Below, in pieces: positions 47,019-55,810 of a stretch of DNA of 64,000 nucleotides. The notes beneath the pieces are model-generated. The model was not told where the DNA came from, searched no databases, and saw only the letters and a program-made list of their open reading frames with translations. Source of the DNA: a virus (taxonomy: Duplodnaviria > Heunggongvirae > Uroviricota > Caudoviricetes); the IMG/VR virus record IMGVR_UViG_2724679226_000002, positions 1 to 64,000 of that record. One strand, written 5' to 3'. Every line of letters starts with the position of its first letter. Within the stretch, counting starts at the first letter, position 1. The position numbers were made by a program, and so were the translations under genes.

Positions 47019-47453
47019 ATGAGAAAAATTGTTTTAATTAATTGTGTAAAGAAAAAAAGAGCAGGAAAACATAAAGCCAAAGATTTATATGTGTCTACTT
47101 TGTTTAGGTATCAATTAAAATATGCGAAACTTTTTTCAGAAGAAATTTATATTTTATCTGCGAAATACGGACTTTTGGAATTGGATGATTATATTGAAAG
47201 TTATGATTTAACATTAAACAATATGAGTAATGATTCTAGGAAAAAATGGACCTGTAAAGTTTTAAAACAATTGCAAGAAAAAAATATTACTAAGGAGGAT
47301 AGAATTGTTTTTTTATGCGGTAAAAAATATTTAGAATATCTTGCTGTGTATTTTAAGAATAATGAGATTCCTTTAAAAACAATGGGATTAGGAGAAAGGT
47401 TAAGATTTTTAAAAAAAGAAATAATGAAGAGGAGAAGGAATGAAAGAAAATAA
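47019..47453 (+). CDS. hypothetical protein inside the DpdA-YhhQ cassette
   Basis: 144 aa reading IVLINCVKKKRAGKHKAKDLY...YILSAKYGLL. It is coupled on both sides: a 1-nt gap to the DpdA-like gene and a 14-nt overlap with yhhQ. Confidence 0.5.
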   Translation: MRKIVLINCVKKKRAGKHKAKDLYVSTLFRYQLKYAKLFSEEIYILSAKYGLLELDDYIESYDLTLNNMSNDSRKKWTCKVLKQLQEKNITKEDRIVFLCGKKYLEYLAVYFKNNEIPLKTMGLGERLRFLKKEIMKRRRNERK

Positions 47454-48042
47454 GTTAATGTTTTTAAATTGTCTTTTTATTACATGTTTAATTATTGCTA
47501 ATGTAATATCTAGTAAATTAGTGATTTTAGGAAATTACTTTGTTGTTCCAGCAGCGGTAGTAAGTTATGGAATTACATTTTTATGTACAGATATTATAGG
47601 GGAAATATGGGGAAAAGAAGAAGCAAATAAAGCAGTCAAGAGAGGATTGCTAACACAAATTATAGCAACTTTCTTGATTTTATTTGCAATCAAAATTCCA
47701 ATAGCACCATTTATGTTAGACTTTCAAGAGAAATTTCAAGCTGTTCTTGGAGGAAGTTTAAGAATGACATTAGCAAGTTTGGCAGCATATGTAGTAGCAC
47801 AAACAAATGATGTTTTTATTTTTCATAAATTGAAAACACTAAATGGAGGAAAATATAAATGGATTCGTAATAATGTTAGCACAATATGCAGTCAATTTTT
47901 GGATACTTCTATTTTTATCACAATTGCATTTTATGGAGTAGTACCAGATTTGTTTCTTGTTATTTATAGTCAATTTTTTATAAAAGTTATAATTGCTTTA
48001 TTAGACACGCCATTCTTTTATCTATTTACAAAAAGTGAATAA
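47440..48042 (+). CDS. yhhQ: YhhQ/DUF165-family queuosine-precursor (preQ0/preQ1) transporter
   Basis: GITFLCTDIIGEIWG, DVFIFHKLK and FLDTSIFITIAFYG parallel E. coli YhhQ (FLATDL, DVHVFNRLR, SDTLAFFFIAF). Six hydrophobic segments. Confidence 0.75.
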   Translation: MKENKLMFLNCLFITCLIIANVISSKLVILGNYFVVPAAVVSYGITFLCTDIIGEIWGKEEANKAVKRGLLTQIIATFLILFAIKIPIAPFMLDFQEKFQAVLGGSLRMTLASLAAYVVAQTNDVFIFHKLKTLNGGKYKWIRNNVSTICSQFLDTSIFITIAFYGVVPDLFLVIYSQFFIKVIIALLDTPFFYLFTKSE

Positions 48043-48094
48043 AAATAATAAAAAAAGACAGAATATATTACAATTTTCTGTCTTTTTTTCAATT

Positions 48095-48301
48095 TCATTC
48101 TTCCTCTAATCTCTTCCAACCAGCGTCTATATTTTCAAAAAGCCACTCGTTGAAAATTTCTTGCAATTTATCTTCGTCTTCAAAAATTTTCTTTGCTTTT
48201 TCTTCTGAAAAACCATAGTCTTCTATTAAATCAACATCTTCTTCTACCTCTGCTCCTACATATCTTGTTGAAGCATAAAAATTTACTTTGTATTTACTCA
48301 T
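48095..48301 (-). CDS. small acidic protein
   Basis: 68 aa and highly acidic (EVEEDVDLIEDYGFSEE). Confidence 0.45.
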   Translation of the reverse strand: MSKYKVNFYASTRYVGAEVEEDVDLIEDYGFSEEKAKKIFEDEDKLQEIFNEWLFENIDAGWKRLEEE

Positions 48302-48515
48302 TTTTTCCTCCTTTTTTATTTTTTTTAATAACGCATTTTCGGCTACGTTATTCGATATAAAAGTTTTTTACTCCCTTTCGGCATAAAAAACTTTTATATC
48401 TTTTTCGGCCTGAAAATCTTCGCTAGCTAGATAATCAAGTTCGTCTAAATAATAGCCGTCTGAATTTAGGTATAAAATAGCTAACAACTTAAAGGACTGT
48501 TAACGTATCCTTTTT

Positions 48516-48803
48516 TTATAGACCGAAAAGTTGATTTCTCAACCCTCGGTTTCCCCAAATCATACGAATTGCTCTTTGTAATTCGTTGTGCCAACGAATT
48601 GAGGCTGGAGCAATTTCTTTATGAGTTGTCTCAGTTTCGGCTCTGACAACTTTTCCTTTTTCAAGGTAGAAAATTGTAGAATGTACTACAAATCCACCTT
48701 TGATAAGTCTGAATTGGTATTGATGTTTATACCAATCTTTTTTTACATCAGGGAAGAATTCTCCCCTGATGTTTTTCCTTGTTATTTTGTTTTCTTTTCT
48801 CAT
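48516..48803 (-). CDS. hypothetical protein
   Basis: The start is trimmed to MRKENK, which follows AAGGGGGTG. Confidence 0.4.
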   Translation of the reverse strand: MRKENKITRKNIRGEFFPDVKKDWYKHQYQFRLIKGGFVVHSTIFYLEKGKVVRAETETTHKEIAPASIRWHNELQRAIRMIWGNRGLRNQLFGL

Positions 48804-48807
48804 TTTT

Positions 48808-48981
48808 CTACACCCCCTTGTATTCCCAAGTATTATACGATATAACTTCTTCCCCATTTAACAGATAAACCTTATGTCTAAGGTATCCGTCATAATGACC
48901 GTTGTATTTCCATTCGGAGTACTTTACAAATACTCCTCCCATTTCTTCGATTTCTTTGTTTGATAATTTTATTTGTTTCAT
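48808..48981 (-). CDS. small hypothetical protein
   Basis: 57 aa reading MKQIKLSNKEIEEMGGVFVKYSEWKYNGHYDGYLRHKVYLLNGEEV. It is coupled to the downstream gene. Not in the ORF track. Confidence 0.35.
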   Translation of the reverse strand: MKQIKLSNKEIEEMGGVFVKYSEWKYNGHYDGYLRHKVYLLNGEEVISYNTWEYKGV

Positions 48982-49118
48982 TTTGTTCCTCCTCTTAATC
49001 TCTTTTCTTGAATATAGTATACACTATATTCAAATGTATGTCAACAACTTTTTTTATTTTTTTTAAATATTTTTTTATTTTTCAAAAAAGCTAGTAAAAT
49101 CATAGAAAAATAACGAAA

Positions 49119-49140
49119 TGTTCCCATTTTTTTGGGAACA
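49119..49140. promoter_or_regulatory. palindromic operator TGTTCCCA-N6-TGGGAACA upstream of the second ParB-like gene
   Basis: ATGTTCCCATTTTTTTGGGAACAT has perfect 8-bp arms. Confidence 0.55.
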
Positions 49141-49184
49141 TTTTCTCTATTATAGAGAGTATGTTTTTATAAGGAGAAGTTGCG

Positions 49185-49673
49185 ATGAAAATTGAAAAAA
49201 TTTCTTTAGAGAAGTTGAAAATGTATGAAAATAATGCAAAAGAACACCCAGATTGGCAGGTAAAACAAATTATGAAGTCAATTGAAGAGTTTGGATTTAA
49301 CGATCCTATTGCAGTTGACGAAAACAATGAAATTATAGAGGGACATGGTAGGTATTTAGCGTTAAAAGAACTTGGAATAAAATCATGTGATTGTATTCGA
49401 TTATCTCATTTAACAGAAAATCAGAAGAGAGCATACATTATAGCTCACAATAAGTTAACAATGAATACTGGATTTAATTCTGAAATTCTTGCTTATGAAA
49501 TGAATGCTTTAAAAGTAGATAATTTTGATTTAAGTGTATTGGGATTTGGAGAAGCAGAACTGAATAGCATATTTAATAATTTTGAAGATGATGACGAGGA
49601 TGAACCAGAAATTATACAACCAGAGAAAAAATTGATTACTTGCCCTCTTTGTGGAGGGGAATTTGAAAAATGA
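49185..49673 (+). CDS. ParB-like nuclease-domain protein, copy 2
   Basis: Collinear with copy 1 (KEHPDWQVKQIMKSIEEFGFNDPIAVDE..IIEGHGRY...AYIIAHNKLTMNTGF...CPLCGG). Confidence 0.7.
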   Translation: MKIEKISLEKLKMYENNAKEHPDWQVKQIMKSIEEFGFNDPIAVDENNEIIEGHGRYLALKELGIKSCDCIRLSHLTENQKRAYIIAHNKLTMNTGFNSEILAYEMNALKVDNFDLSVLGFGEAELNSIFNNFEDDDEDEPEIIQPEKKLITCPLCGGEFEK

Positions 49674-49915
49674 TAGAGTTAGCGAGTGAAAAATATAGGA
49701 TTATTTCTATAAAAAGGACAGAAAGTGAAATATGGAGGGTTCTGATACCAGGAGATATTTTAGAAATAAAAACAACAATTACAAGAACGAAGAGAATGGA
49801 TGGGAATCAAAGTGCTATGCAGATGAAAATCTATGCAAATGGTGTATATATGGGGAATTGTTCTGCAACAAGAACATATAATGCTTTACAAAAAATAAAA
49901 TTAGAAAAAATATAA
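49670..49915 (+). CDS. hypothetical protein
   Basis: 81-aa ORF coupled to ParB-like copy 2. Confidence 0.45.
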   Translation: MIELASEKYRIISIKRTESEIWRVLIPGDILEIKTTITRTKRMDGNQSAMQMKIYANGVYMGNCSATRTYNALQKIKLEKI

Positions 49916-49936
49916 ATTGGAGGGAGTATAAAAGAG

Positions 49937-50416
49937 ATGAAAAAGCAAATATTTACTAGGAATGGCTTAAGAATTACTGTAGAAAATGAACGAAAGACAT
50001 TTAGCGTTCTAAAAGCATATATGAAATCTTGGGGATTAGATATAAAAACTTCAAGACGAAATACAAACATCGGACACGAAGGAATGGAACAATTAATTCA
50101 ATCTTTGTTAGATGAATATGCAAACTACAAGATAGAGATTTTTAATGAAAGACTTGAAGAGATAAAAAAAGAATTTAATAAAAAAACAGAGGAAATTCGA
50201 TTAGAAGAAGCAGAAAATAGAGAAAAGCTTTTAAGTACTATTTTAGAATCCGAAGAGTTAATAGCAAAATTAAAAAACTCTGTCAAAGAAAAAGAGATAG
50301 AAAACATGAAAATAGAAAAAATGTACAGAAAAATGAAAATGGGTTGTATCGGAATTTCTGTAATATGTTCAACTGTTTGGTTGGCTATATTTTTGCAATA
50401 TTTATATAGCATGTAG
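49937..50416 (+). CDS. coiled-coil protein with a C-terminal TM helix
   Basis: 159-aa ORF. Confidence 0.45.
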   Translation: MKKQIFTRNGLRITVENERKTFSVLKAYMKSWGLDIKTSRRNTNIGHEGMEQLIQSLLDEYANYKIEIFNERLEEIKKEFNKKTEEIRLEEAENREKLLSTILESEELIAKLKNSVKEKEIENMKIEKMYRKMKMGCIGISVICSTVWLAIFLQYLYSM

Positions 50417-50434
50417 TTTTTATGGGGGATAAAA

Positions 50435-50635
50435 ATGAAACGATATAAGTCACAAAAAAGATACTATGAAAGATTGAAGATGATATTGGAGCTTCAAATG
50501 CGAATAAAAGAATTAGAAAAAGGAAACGAGGATTTGCTGAAAGAGCTAAAAAAAAGTAAACAATTAGATATTGCTTGGCTTATATTTGGAATTGTTATTG
50601 TTTTGATTGGTTTAAATAGTTTAGTTTTTAATTAA
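50435..50635 (+). CDS. small coiled-coil protein with a C-terminal TM helix
   Basis: 66-aa ORF. Confidence 0.4.
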   Translation: MKRYKSQKRYYERLKMILELQMRIKELEKGNEDLLKELKKSKQLDIAWLIFGIVIVLIGLNSLVFN

Positions 50636-50648
50636 AAGAGGAGCAGGA

Positions 50649-51053
50649 ATGACACAGATTTTTATAGCTGGAAATGTTCCAAGTTCTAAGAACAGTAAGA
50701 GAATAGCGAGAATAAAAAATAAAAGAGGGAACATTGTGGCAACTAGATTGATTAATTCAGAAGTAGTGGAAAAATATTTAAAAACATATGCATTTCAATG
50801 GCATTTTGCAGGAAATGTAGCGGAATTTCATAGACAAATTAAAGGAAAAGAAAAACCTTACCGAATTGGATTTTATTTTATCCGGGATAGTAGAAGAAAA
50901 TTTGACTATATCAATGCTATGCAATTGCCCTGCGATTTAATGGTAAAAGCAGGTTGGATAGATGACGACAATGCGAATGAGATTATACCAGTTTGTCTAG
51001 GATATGAAGTAGATAAGGGAAATGCAGGAGTAAGAATTGAAGTTTTAGAATAA
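50649..51053 (+). CDS. rusA: RusA-family Holliday junction resolvase
   Basis: GNVPSSKNSKR parallels RusA PPSNNRY. RRKFDYINAMQLPCDLMVKAGWIDDDNANEI parallels RusA [24 protein letters not shown]. Confidence 0.7.
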   Translation: MTQIFIAGNVPSSKNSKRIARIKNKRGNIVATRLINSEVVEKYLKTYAFQWHFAGNVAEFHRQIKGKEKPYRIGFYFIRDSRRKFDYINAMQLPCDLMVKAGWIDDDNANEIIPVCLGYEVDKGNAGVRIEVLE

Positions 51054-51087
51054 TTTAAGGCTAATGTAAAAAAAGGAGAATAGAGTT

Positions 51088-51903
51088 ATGAACAATTTAC
51101 AAAACAAAAACACATTTACATCATTAGAACTTACAGAACTAATCAATCAATTTAGAAGAGAGGAGGGAGATAGAAAAGAGTTGCAACATTATGACTTACT
51201 AAAGGTTATTAAGCTTGAATTTGAGGAAGAAATAGCTGACGGAAAAATTTCCGCCGGGTCCTATAAAGATAAACAAAATCAAGAAAGACCTATGTTCATC
51301 TTAGACTTGCAACAATCAAGACAAGTGCTGGTAAGAGAATCCAAGTTCGTTAGAAAAGCAGTCATCAAATACATTGATGAACTTGAAAATAAATTGAGAG
51401 GTCAATTCCAAGTGCCAACTAGCTTCGCAGAAGCATTAAGATTGGCAGCGGAACAACAAGAAAAGATTGAGAAATTAGCATTAGATAACAAAGTAAAAGA
51501 TCAACAAATTTCAGAGCTACAACCAAAGGCTAGTTATTATGATTTGATTCTACAATGCAAAGATTTATTATCTATGACTGTTATCGCAAAAGACTATGGA
51601 AAAAGTGCTGAATGGATGAATAAAAAGTTACATCAATTAGGAGTGCAATTCAAACAAAGTGGAATTTGGTTCTTATATCAAAAATATGCTGAAAATGGAT
51701 ATACACAAACAAAAACACAAAATTATTCAAAATCTGATGGAACACAAGGAGCAAGACCACATATGTACTGGACACAAAAAGGGCGCTTATTTTTATATGA
51801 TTTGTTAAAAAATAACGGAGTATATCCAATGATAGAAAGTGAAGAAATGAGAACGAATATAGCATTGGTTGGGGGTACCGAAAATGAAGATAGAGGAATT
51901 TAG
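51088..51903 (+). CDS. phage antirepressor (Rha/ORF6N-like N-terminus and KilAC C-terminal domain)
   Basis: The N-terminus is collinear with the 27541 protein. The C-terminus (YYDLILQCKDLLSMTVIAKDYGKSAEWMNKKLHQLGV) is KilAC-like. Confidence 0.7.
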   Translation: MNNLQNKNTFTSLELTELINQFRREEGDRKELQHYDLLKVIKLEFEEEIADGKISAGSYKDKQNQERPMFILDLQQSRQVLVRESKFVRKAVIKYIDELENKLRGQFQVPTSFAEALRLAAEQQEKIEKLALDNKVKDQQISELQPKASYYDLILQCKDLLSMTVIAKDYGKSAEWMNKKLHQLGVQFKQSGIWFLYQKYAENGYTQTKTQNYSKSDGTQGARPHMYWTQKGRLFLYDLLKNNGVYPMIESEEMRTNIALVGGTENEDRGI

Positions 51904-52687
51904 AAAGAACTGTAAAAAAATCCACCTATGGTGGGGAGAAGAAGACGTAACAAGATTAACAAGGTTTTCCGAGATTATGAAGAAGACTACAGTAGACTCT
52001 GTAAAGTATTTGTTAATATCTAAAGATTCCATTGGATTTACAGATCCCTATCGTGCAGTTGTGATGAAAGCTAAAAAAATTGTAAATGAAGTAAAGAAAC
52101 CTCTTGGATTTTATTCCTCAGACCTATTGTCTTTACTAAAAGTTGCACAAGAAATTGCATTGATAGATGACTGTACTTTGGTAATTCGTGTAAAAGAAGA
52201 AATACATTTATTTACACCTACTGTTAATCAAGTTCCTGATATTTCACAAGTGTGTAAGATTGTACCTAGTGATGCGGAACGTGTGGCATTTCGTACAGAC
52301 ATTTTTTCAAAAAAAGAAATGTCTTTGGCAGATACGTTGTCATGGAAAGCTATTTGCACATCATTTCAGTCAAACGATTTAGATTTTATGTTTCCAAGAT
52401 TCTATTTCACACATGACGGAATTGTTGCAAAAGCAGAATTTGGAAAAACACACTTAGAGATGTTATTTCCAATCACATTAGAAAAAGAATGTCATAAAGC
52501 GTTGAATCCTAAGTTTATCGATTTATGGATAAGAGCAACTACAAAAGAAAAGGTGACAGGAACTTTACTTTATAATGGTAAAACAAGTAGTCCGATTTGC
52601 TTTGAAATATCAAACTTAAAGTACATTGTATTGCCAATCGCTTGGCGGAAAGGAGAGAAAGAATGGAAAACGAAAATAATGCAGTAA
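51884..52687 (+). CDS. hypothetical protein
   Basis: Start trimmed to MKIEEF. Confidence 0.45.
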   Translation: MKIEEFRKNCKKIHLWWGEEDVTRLTRFSEIMKKTTVDSVKYLLISKDSIGFTDPYRAVVMKAKKIVNEVKKPLGFYSSDLLSLLKVAQEIALIDDCTLVIRVKEEIHLFTPTVNQVPDISQVCKIVPSDAERVAFRTDIFSKKEMSLADTLSWKAICTSFQSNDLDFMFPRFYFTHDGIVAKAEFGKTHLEMLFPITLEKECHKALNPKFIDLWIRATTKEKVTGTLLYNGKTSSPICFEISNLKYIVLPIAWRKGEKEWKTKIMQ

Positions 52688-52917
52688 AAAATCCTAAGCA
52701 TTATCAATTGGGAAATTTAGGAATAGAAGTAATTGACGTTATCCGAGAAGTTACAAGAGAGCTGAAAGATGGATTTCAAGGGAAATGTGTGGGAGATATT
52801 TTGAAGTATGTTATGAGAGCACATAAGAAGAACGGAATACAAGATTATGAAAAGGCACAAGAGTACTTGACATATTTGATTAAGTATATGAAGAGAGAGC
52901 AAGGTGGCTTGGAATGA
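52663..52917 (+). CDS. hypothetical protein (DUF3310-like)
   Basis: MENENNAVKNPKHYQLGNLGIEVIDVI, with the ATG after AAGGAGAG. Confidence 0.4.
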   Translation: MENENNAVKNPKHYQLGNLGIEVIDVIREVTRELKDGFQGKCVGDILKYVMRAHKKNGIQDYEKAQEYLTYLIKYMKREQGGLE

Positions 52918-53167
52918 ACAGAATGGTAGGAGCATTATTTGGTGTATTGTGTATGATGTTAGCAATGTTAGAAATTAGAAGAGGGACAGTAACAAAAGAG
53001 AAGAGAAAAATTTACGAAGGAATAGTAGCACTATGTATAACTACATATGCATTTTATTATTTAATACGATAAGTATAAATGCATTTATATTAGACAGGGT
53101 AATAACAAACGATGTTGTTACTCTGTATAGGATAAATACATGAAACAAAAAAGAGAGGAGGGAAGAT

Positions 53168-54100
53168 GTGACTAAGAAAGAGAAAGCATATAAGAAATGG
53201 TTGGAGCTAGGAGGAGAGAAAGCTCCTAGAGGAACACTATCCATGATAGCGAAGGACTTAAGAATATCTTCTAACTCTATTCGAGTATGGAAAAAAAGAG
53301 AATGGTGTGTAGATGGAAAACAAAGAGAAAAGAATGTAACGAATATTCAAAGTGTTACAGATGATTGTAACGTTTCTGGAATGTTACAAAATGTTACAGA
53401 AAATGAAGAAGCTATACCTATTAAGCGTGAAACAAAAAAAAGTCTACTGGAAGAGGAAAATAGGGTAAAAAGGCTCGCTAAGAGTCAAGAACATTCTAAA
53501 AAACTAAAAAAAATCTCTAGAATGACAATGCAAGGATACACAGCAAAAGAGATAGCAGAAGCGGTTGATTTTCATTCAAGCACTGTAGCGAAATGGAGAA
53601 AGCGTTACAACTTAATACAACGAAGAGATGAGTTACAATTGGAAGCACAAGCTAGAATAGCAGAAGCAATCACAAAAGAAAGAGAAAAGAGAGCGTTACA
53701 ATTAATAAAAGGGGCAGAATATTTAGAAGGTGTAGCGTTAGAAAAAATAAAAGACTTTCACACAGGAAAACATGGAGCAAGTGAAGGGAAGAAGTTAGCA
53801 GCGGAAATCAACGCAATTAAACAAGGGCTAGAAACATTAGACGCTGCTAAAAAATATACAGATTCTTGGATAGGAGCAGGAAATACAAAAGAAGTATCAG
53901 AACTAATGTTACAGGACAGGAAATATGAATTAGAACAAGAAAGGCTTGCATTTGAGAAAGAAAAAGCAACAGCAATATTATATACAAAGTTGTTAGAAAT
54001 AGAAAAAGGTAATAAAGAAAATACAAGCGAAGAAATTCGCGGAGCAATTGAAGAACAATTTGGAAATTGGGAAATAGATACTTGGGAGGAAACGGAATGA
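53168..54100 (+). CDS. terminase small subunit (HTH-containing)
   Basis: GTG start after GAGGAGGGAAG. The N-terminal helix-turn-helix reads LSMIAKDLRISSNSIRVWKKR. It sits directly upstream of the terminase large subunit. Confidence 0.55.
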   Translation: MTKKEKAYKKWLELGGEKAPRGTLSMIAKDLRISSNSIRVWKKREWCVDGKQREKNVTNIQSVTDDCNVSGMLQNVTENEEAIPIKRETKKSLLEEENRVKRLAKSQEHSKKLKKISRMTMQGYTAKEIAEAVDFHSSTVAKWRKRYNLIQRRDELQLEAQARIAEAITKEREKRALQLIKGAEYLEGVALEKIKDFHTGKHGASEGKKLAAEINAIKQGLETLDAAKKYTDSWIGAGNTKEVSELMLQDRKYELEQERLAFEKEKATAILYTKLLEIEKGNKENTSEEIRGAIEEQFGNWEIDTWEETE

Positions 54101-54432
54101 CACACAAAGATTCTAAAAGTTTTTTTGAGAATTTTATACAAGAAGATTCTGCGTTTCATAAATATAAAATTAGCAAAAGCATGGAAGAAAGATTAAAAAT
54201 AAAAGATGTTCTTATTGAGATGATTATTTCAGGAGAGCTGAAACCATTTTCTGAATTAGAAAGGAATGTATGGCTATTGTATAGAACTGGAATGTCTTCG
54301 GAAGAAATACAAAACAGATTAGGAATTTCAAAATCAATGTATGGAGTCGTAAAATATCGTGCTGGGAAGAAAATAGAAAATTTTGCAGAAAAGTTCAAAG
54401 AAAGAAGTGAGAAGTTATGTTGCAAAATATAA
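54097..54432 (+). CDS. sigma-70 region-4-like HTH protein between the terminase small and large subunits
   Basis: ELERNVWLLYRTGMSSEEIQNRLGISKSMYGVVKYRAGKKI. The start is set at MTHKDSK, which forms an ATGA overlap with the small-subunit stop. Confidence 0.4.
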   Translation: MTHKDSKSFFENFIQEDSAFHKYKISKSMEERLKIKDVLIEMIISGELKPFSELERNVWLLYRTGMSSEEIQNRLGISKSMYGVVKYRAGKKIENFAEKFKERSEKLCCKI

Positions 54433-55799
54433 TTCGTATTGTTAGTACAGAATATAAAAACACGATATTACGAAAAAGAAATAAACTTTTAGAAGATAGT
54501 TTTAGAATGATAGAACCAAGTTTAAAGCAAAGAAAAGTATTAACTTGGTGGAGAGATAGCAGTCCATATAAAAATTATTTTGGAATTATATGTGATGGAG
54601 CAATCCGGAGCGGAAAGACTTCTTCGGTTATTTATAGTTTTATAACTTGGAGTATGACGAATTTTAATAGGCAGAATTTTATTTTATCCGGAAAAACGAT
54701 AGGAGCATTTAAGAGAAACATCTTAAAAGATTTAGTTAGAATGTTACGTACATTGAAGTTTGAATATTCTTATAATCGTTCTGACAATGTTCTAGTAGTT
54801 ACACTTGGAGAAATAACGAATTATTATTATGTATTTGGTGGAAAAGATGAGAAGTCAGCTGATTTAGTACAGGGGCTAACAGCAGCGGGAGCTTTTTTTG
54901 ATGAAGCAGTGTTAATGCCAAAGAGTTTTTTAGACCAAGCGATTGCAAGATGTTCTGTAGAGAGATCTAAGATTTGGTTTACCTGTAACCCAGATAATCC
55001 TCATCATTTTTTTAAGAAAGATTTTATTGATATGGCAAGCGAAAAGAAATTGCTATATTTACATTTTACTATGGAAGATAATCCAACTCTATCTGAAAAT
55101 AAAATACAACAGTATAAACTGATGTACAAAGGAGCGTTCTATGAACGATTCATATTAGGTTTATGGGTAATGGCAGAGGGACTGGTATATCAGATTATAG
55201 GAGATAATTTTATCGATGAAGATGAAATTCCAGTCTGTGACTATTATTACATTACTTGTGACTATGGAATATACAATCCAATGGCTTGGAATTTAATAGG
55301 GGTATTAGGAAATGAAGTATACATTATGGAAGAATATCATCATAGTGGAAGAGAAAGCAATGAAACAAAGACAGATGAACAGTATACTCAAGATTTTTTA
55401 GAATGGAAAGAAAGCATATGTAATAAATATGGAATTGAGATTGAATATACAATTGTAGACCCGTCAGCTTCTTCCTTTATTGTAGCGTTGGAGCAAGAGG
55501 GAGAATATGTTGTAAAGGCTAATAACAAAGTATTTGAAGAAGATTCAGAAAGAGTATCCGGAATTCCATTGGTACAAATTTATTTAAATAAAATAAGATT
55601 ATTTGTCTGTAGAAATTGCATAGAAACGATAAAAGAATTTTATTCTTATCGTTGGGATGAAAAAAAGAGTATGCATGGAGAAGAAGTACCGGTAAAAGAA
55701 AATGACCACCATATGGATGGAATTCGGTATTTCTTTAATACAGTAATTGGGTATTATTATAAAAATGGAAATGATTCTGATGAAATTATTGCTGCATAG
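54417..55799 (+). CDS. terminase large subunit
   Basis: Walker A (ICDGAIRSGKTSS) in the ATPase domain and a C-terminal nuclease domain with acidic motifs. 460 aa. Confidence 0.85.
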   Translation: MLQNIIRIVSTEYKNTILRKRNKLLEDSFRMIEPSLKQRKVLTWWRDSSPYKNYFGIICDGAIRSGKTSSVIYSFITWSMTNFNRQNFILSGKTIGAFKRNILKDLVRMLRTLKFEYSYNRSDNVLVVTLGEITNYYYVFGGKDEKSADLVQGLTAAGAFFDEAVLMPKSFLDQAIARCSVERSKIWFTCNPDNPHHFFKKDFIDMASEKKLLYLHFTMEDNPTLSENKIQQYKLMYKGAFYERFILGLWVMAEGLVYQIIGDNFIDEDEIPVCDYYYITCDYGIYNPMAWNLIGVLGNEVYIMEEYHHSGRESNETKTDEQYTQDFLEWKESICNKYGIEIEYTIVDPSASSFIVALEQEGEYVVKANNKVFEEDSERVSGIPLVQIYLNKIRLFVCRNCIETIKEFYSYRWDEKKSMHGEEVPVKENDHHMDGIRYFFNTVIGYYYKNGNDSDEIIAA

Positions 55800-55810
55800 G
55801 AGGGAGAGCG

